Position numbers and translations under genes: made by a program. Below are positions 62,280 to 64,000 of a stretch of DNA of 64,000 bases, one piece after another; positions within the stretch are counted from its first letter, which is position 1, and every line of letters starts with the position of its first letter. This DNA is from Pseudomonadota bacterium. GTDB lineage: Bacteria; Pseudomonadota; Gammaproteobacteria; Burkholderiales; Methylophilaceae. The DNA lies in NCBI GenBank assembly GCA_046047035.1, contig JBJOIS010000002.1, positions 1,101-65,100 on the forward strand, written 5' to 3'. The notes under the pieces are model-generated. The model worked only from the letters and a program-made list of their open reading frames with translations, was not told the DNA's origin and did no database searches.

Positions 62280-64000
62280 TTAATTAAAGCTTTCTGTAAT
62301 GCTTTTTACTAGGGCATCAATTGCGCTATCGGTCAACTTAACGCCCTTTTTACCTGAAATTAAAAACACATCCTCAGCACGCTTGCCTAGTGTATTGATT
62401 TTCGCAGTTTGAATTTGCACTTGATTTGTTAGAAACGCATTCGCAATTATTGAAAGCAGTCCTGGGCGGTCTCCTGCAATAATTTCTAATTTATGATTGT
62501 TGCTTTCAGCCATGCTCTCTACAATCACATTTGATTTAATTGGCATGTGTTTAACTTGCCTGCTTATTCTGCCTTTGGCAGGTGCTGTTGGCGATATATT
62601 GCTACGTAAACTATCGCTTAACTCATACTCGATGTAGTTTAACAAATCGCGATAGCTTACCGATTTATCGCTCTGATCTAAAACTAAAAAACTATCCAGT
62701 GCGTAAGCGTTTTTAGAGGTATGGATCTTGGCTTCCAAGATGGTGTAGCCGATACGCTCAAAGAAGCCACAAATGCAGGCAAACAAATCATCGCGGTCTG
62801 GCGTGTAAATCATCACTTGAATACCATCACCTGCAGGGCTTAAGCGAGCTCTGACGATAGGTTCCTTTGTATCAATATGCCTCAATAGGAGGCGGCTATG
62901 CCATGAAATTTCTTGGCTGGTATGCCTAAGAAAGTACTGCTCGCCTAAATTGTTCCATAGTGGCAAATAAGAGCGTTCCAAAATGCTGTAATGTCTAAGC
63001 GTTGCTTGAGCCTCAGCCTTTCTGGTTGCAATTTCATCTAACAGTCCGCCCGCATCGCCAGTTAAGAGGCGTTGTGCGCTTAAAAACAAAGTTTCCAGGA
63101 GTTTCGCTTTCCAAGCATTCCAAACCTTTGGGCTTGTGCCGCGGATATCTGCAACGGTTAGCAAGTAAAGCGCTGTTAAATGGCGTTCATCTTTCATCAA
63201 CAATGAAAAGCCTTCAATCACTTGGGGGTCTGATAAGTCTGACTTTTGAGCAGTGCTTGACATAGTGAGGTGCAAGGCCACCATCCAAGCGACTAAATGA
63301 CCATCTTGCTTGCTGAGACCGTGTTGTTGACAAAAACGCCTGGCATCCGATGTGCCAAGTTGTGAGTGGTCTCCACCACGTCCCTTAGCAATGTCGTGAA
63401 ACAAGGCACCTAAGTAAAGCAAATAGGGCGCATCAAAAGATGCAAAAAGTTTGCTACATAGCGGAAATTCATGGCTAAACGTTTTAATTGAGAAGCGCTC
63501 TAAATTACCCAGCACATGCAGGATATGTTCATCAACTGTGTAAACATGAAATAAATCATGTTGCATCTGACCAATAATGCGACCAAACGCAGGAATGTAA
63601 TTACCTAATATGCCATAACGATTCATGCGCTTGAGTGTTTCGGTCACGCCATTGGGCTGCTTAAGCATCTCGATAAATAATGCTTTGTTTTTAGGGTCTT
63701 GCCTAAAGTCACGGTTCACCAAATTTTTTACGCGTTGTAGTGTGCGTAGCAGTGTTGCACTAATGCCTGTTAATTCCGGATGTTGCTGTAGCAGCAAGAA
63801 CATCTCAAAAATACATGATGGATTGCGCTGAAGAAGAGTGTTAGATTTAGCGCTCAGCAGACCGTTGTATGATTCAAATCTAGCGTTAATCGGCTTGATT
63901 TGAATGACTTCTGGCAGGGCTAGCTCTTTGAGTAGTTTGAGTAATATTTCATTAAACAAACCAACTGCTTTTGCGCTTTTGTAGTAGTCGCGCATTAACT
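62280..64000 (-). CDS. glnD: [Protein-PII] uridylyltransferase/uridylyl-removing enzyme GlnD, C-terminal ~570 aa (5' end outside window)
   Basis: It has an HD domain (HDIAKGRGGDHS) and two C-terminal ACT domains. The frame stays open to the window edge, so the tracked Met at 63995 is internal. Confidence 0.92.
   Translation of the reverse strand, partial: LMRDYYKSAKAVGLFNEILLKLLKELALPEVIQIKPINARFESYNGLLSAKSNTLLQRNPSCIFEMFLLLQQHPELTGISATLLRTLQRVKNLVNRDFRQDPKNKALFIEMLKQPNGVTETLKRMNRYGILGNYIPAFGRIIGQMQHDLFHVYTVDEHILHVLGNLERFSIKTFSHEFPLCSKLFASFDAPYLLYLGALFHDIAKGRGGDHSQLGTSDARRFCQQHGLSKQDGHLVAWMVALHLTMSSTAQKSDLSDPQVIEGFSLLMKDERHLTALYLLTVADIRGTSPKVWNAWKAKLLETLFLSAQRLLTGDAGGLLDEIATRKAEAQATLRHYSILERSYLPLWNNLGEQYFLRHTSQEISWHSRLLLRHIDTKEPIVRARLSPAGDGIQVMIYTPDRDDLFACICGFFERIGYTILEAKIHTSKNAYALDSFLVLDQSDKSVSYRDLLNYIEYELSDSLRSNISPTAPAKGRISRQVKHMPIKSNVIVESMAESNNHKLEIIAGDRPGLLSIIANAFLTNQVQIQTAKINTLGKRAEDVFLISGKKGVKLTDSAIDALVKSITESFN

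Overview
This 64-kb window reads as densely packed chromosomal core DNA from a betaproteobacterial methylotroph, probably Methylophilaceae-like. That inference rests on three things: conserved synteny blocks, tetrahydromethanopterin (H4MPT)/methanofuran cofactor genes, and the hpnCDE squalene genes. The synteny blocks are rplI-dnaB-alr-radA, ffs-dnaX-ybaB-recR, ndk-rlmN-pilW-rodZ-ispG-hisS...yfgM-bamB-der, hfq-hflX-hflK-hflC-hisZ-purA, and mtaD-ubiG-gph-glnD. I support about 70 CDS, three tRNA genes (Ser-UGA, Ser-GGA, Leu-CAG), one SRP (4.5S) RNA, several hairpin terminators, one LexA-type SOS box and one TetR/AcrR-type operator palindrome. I saw no transposase, integrase, phage gene, CRISPR array or recognisable defence system, so I cannot point to a clear novel multi-gene system. 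The places that deserve a second look are listed here. (1) A 664-bp islet between two converging tRNA genes carries an SOS-box-controlled orphan UmuD-like S24 peptidase, and the flanking tRNA-Leu has an apparently degenerate 3' end. (2) A four-gene archaeal-type cofactor module (AfpA/DmrB-family flavoprotein, DHPS-like protein, DUF447, MfnB) is translationally coupled to purA. (3) An orphan OppD/OppF-type ATPase pair is inserted into an otherwise conserved housekeeping gene order. (4) dnaX contains an A6G run with a nearby -1-frame stop. (5) The 450-bp region upstream of ppsA contains repeats, a palindrome and an untracked Cys4 mini-ORF. (6) A few small or unassignable ORFs remain. All protein assignments come from motif and family recognition by eye on the supplied translations. 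No database search, GC calculation or RNA-folding program was run.
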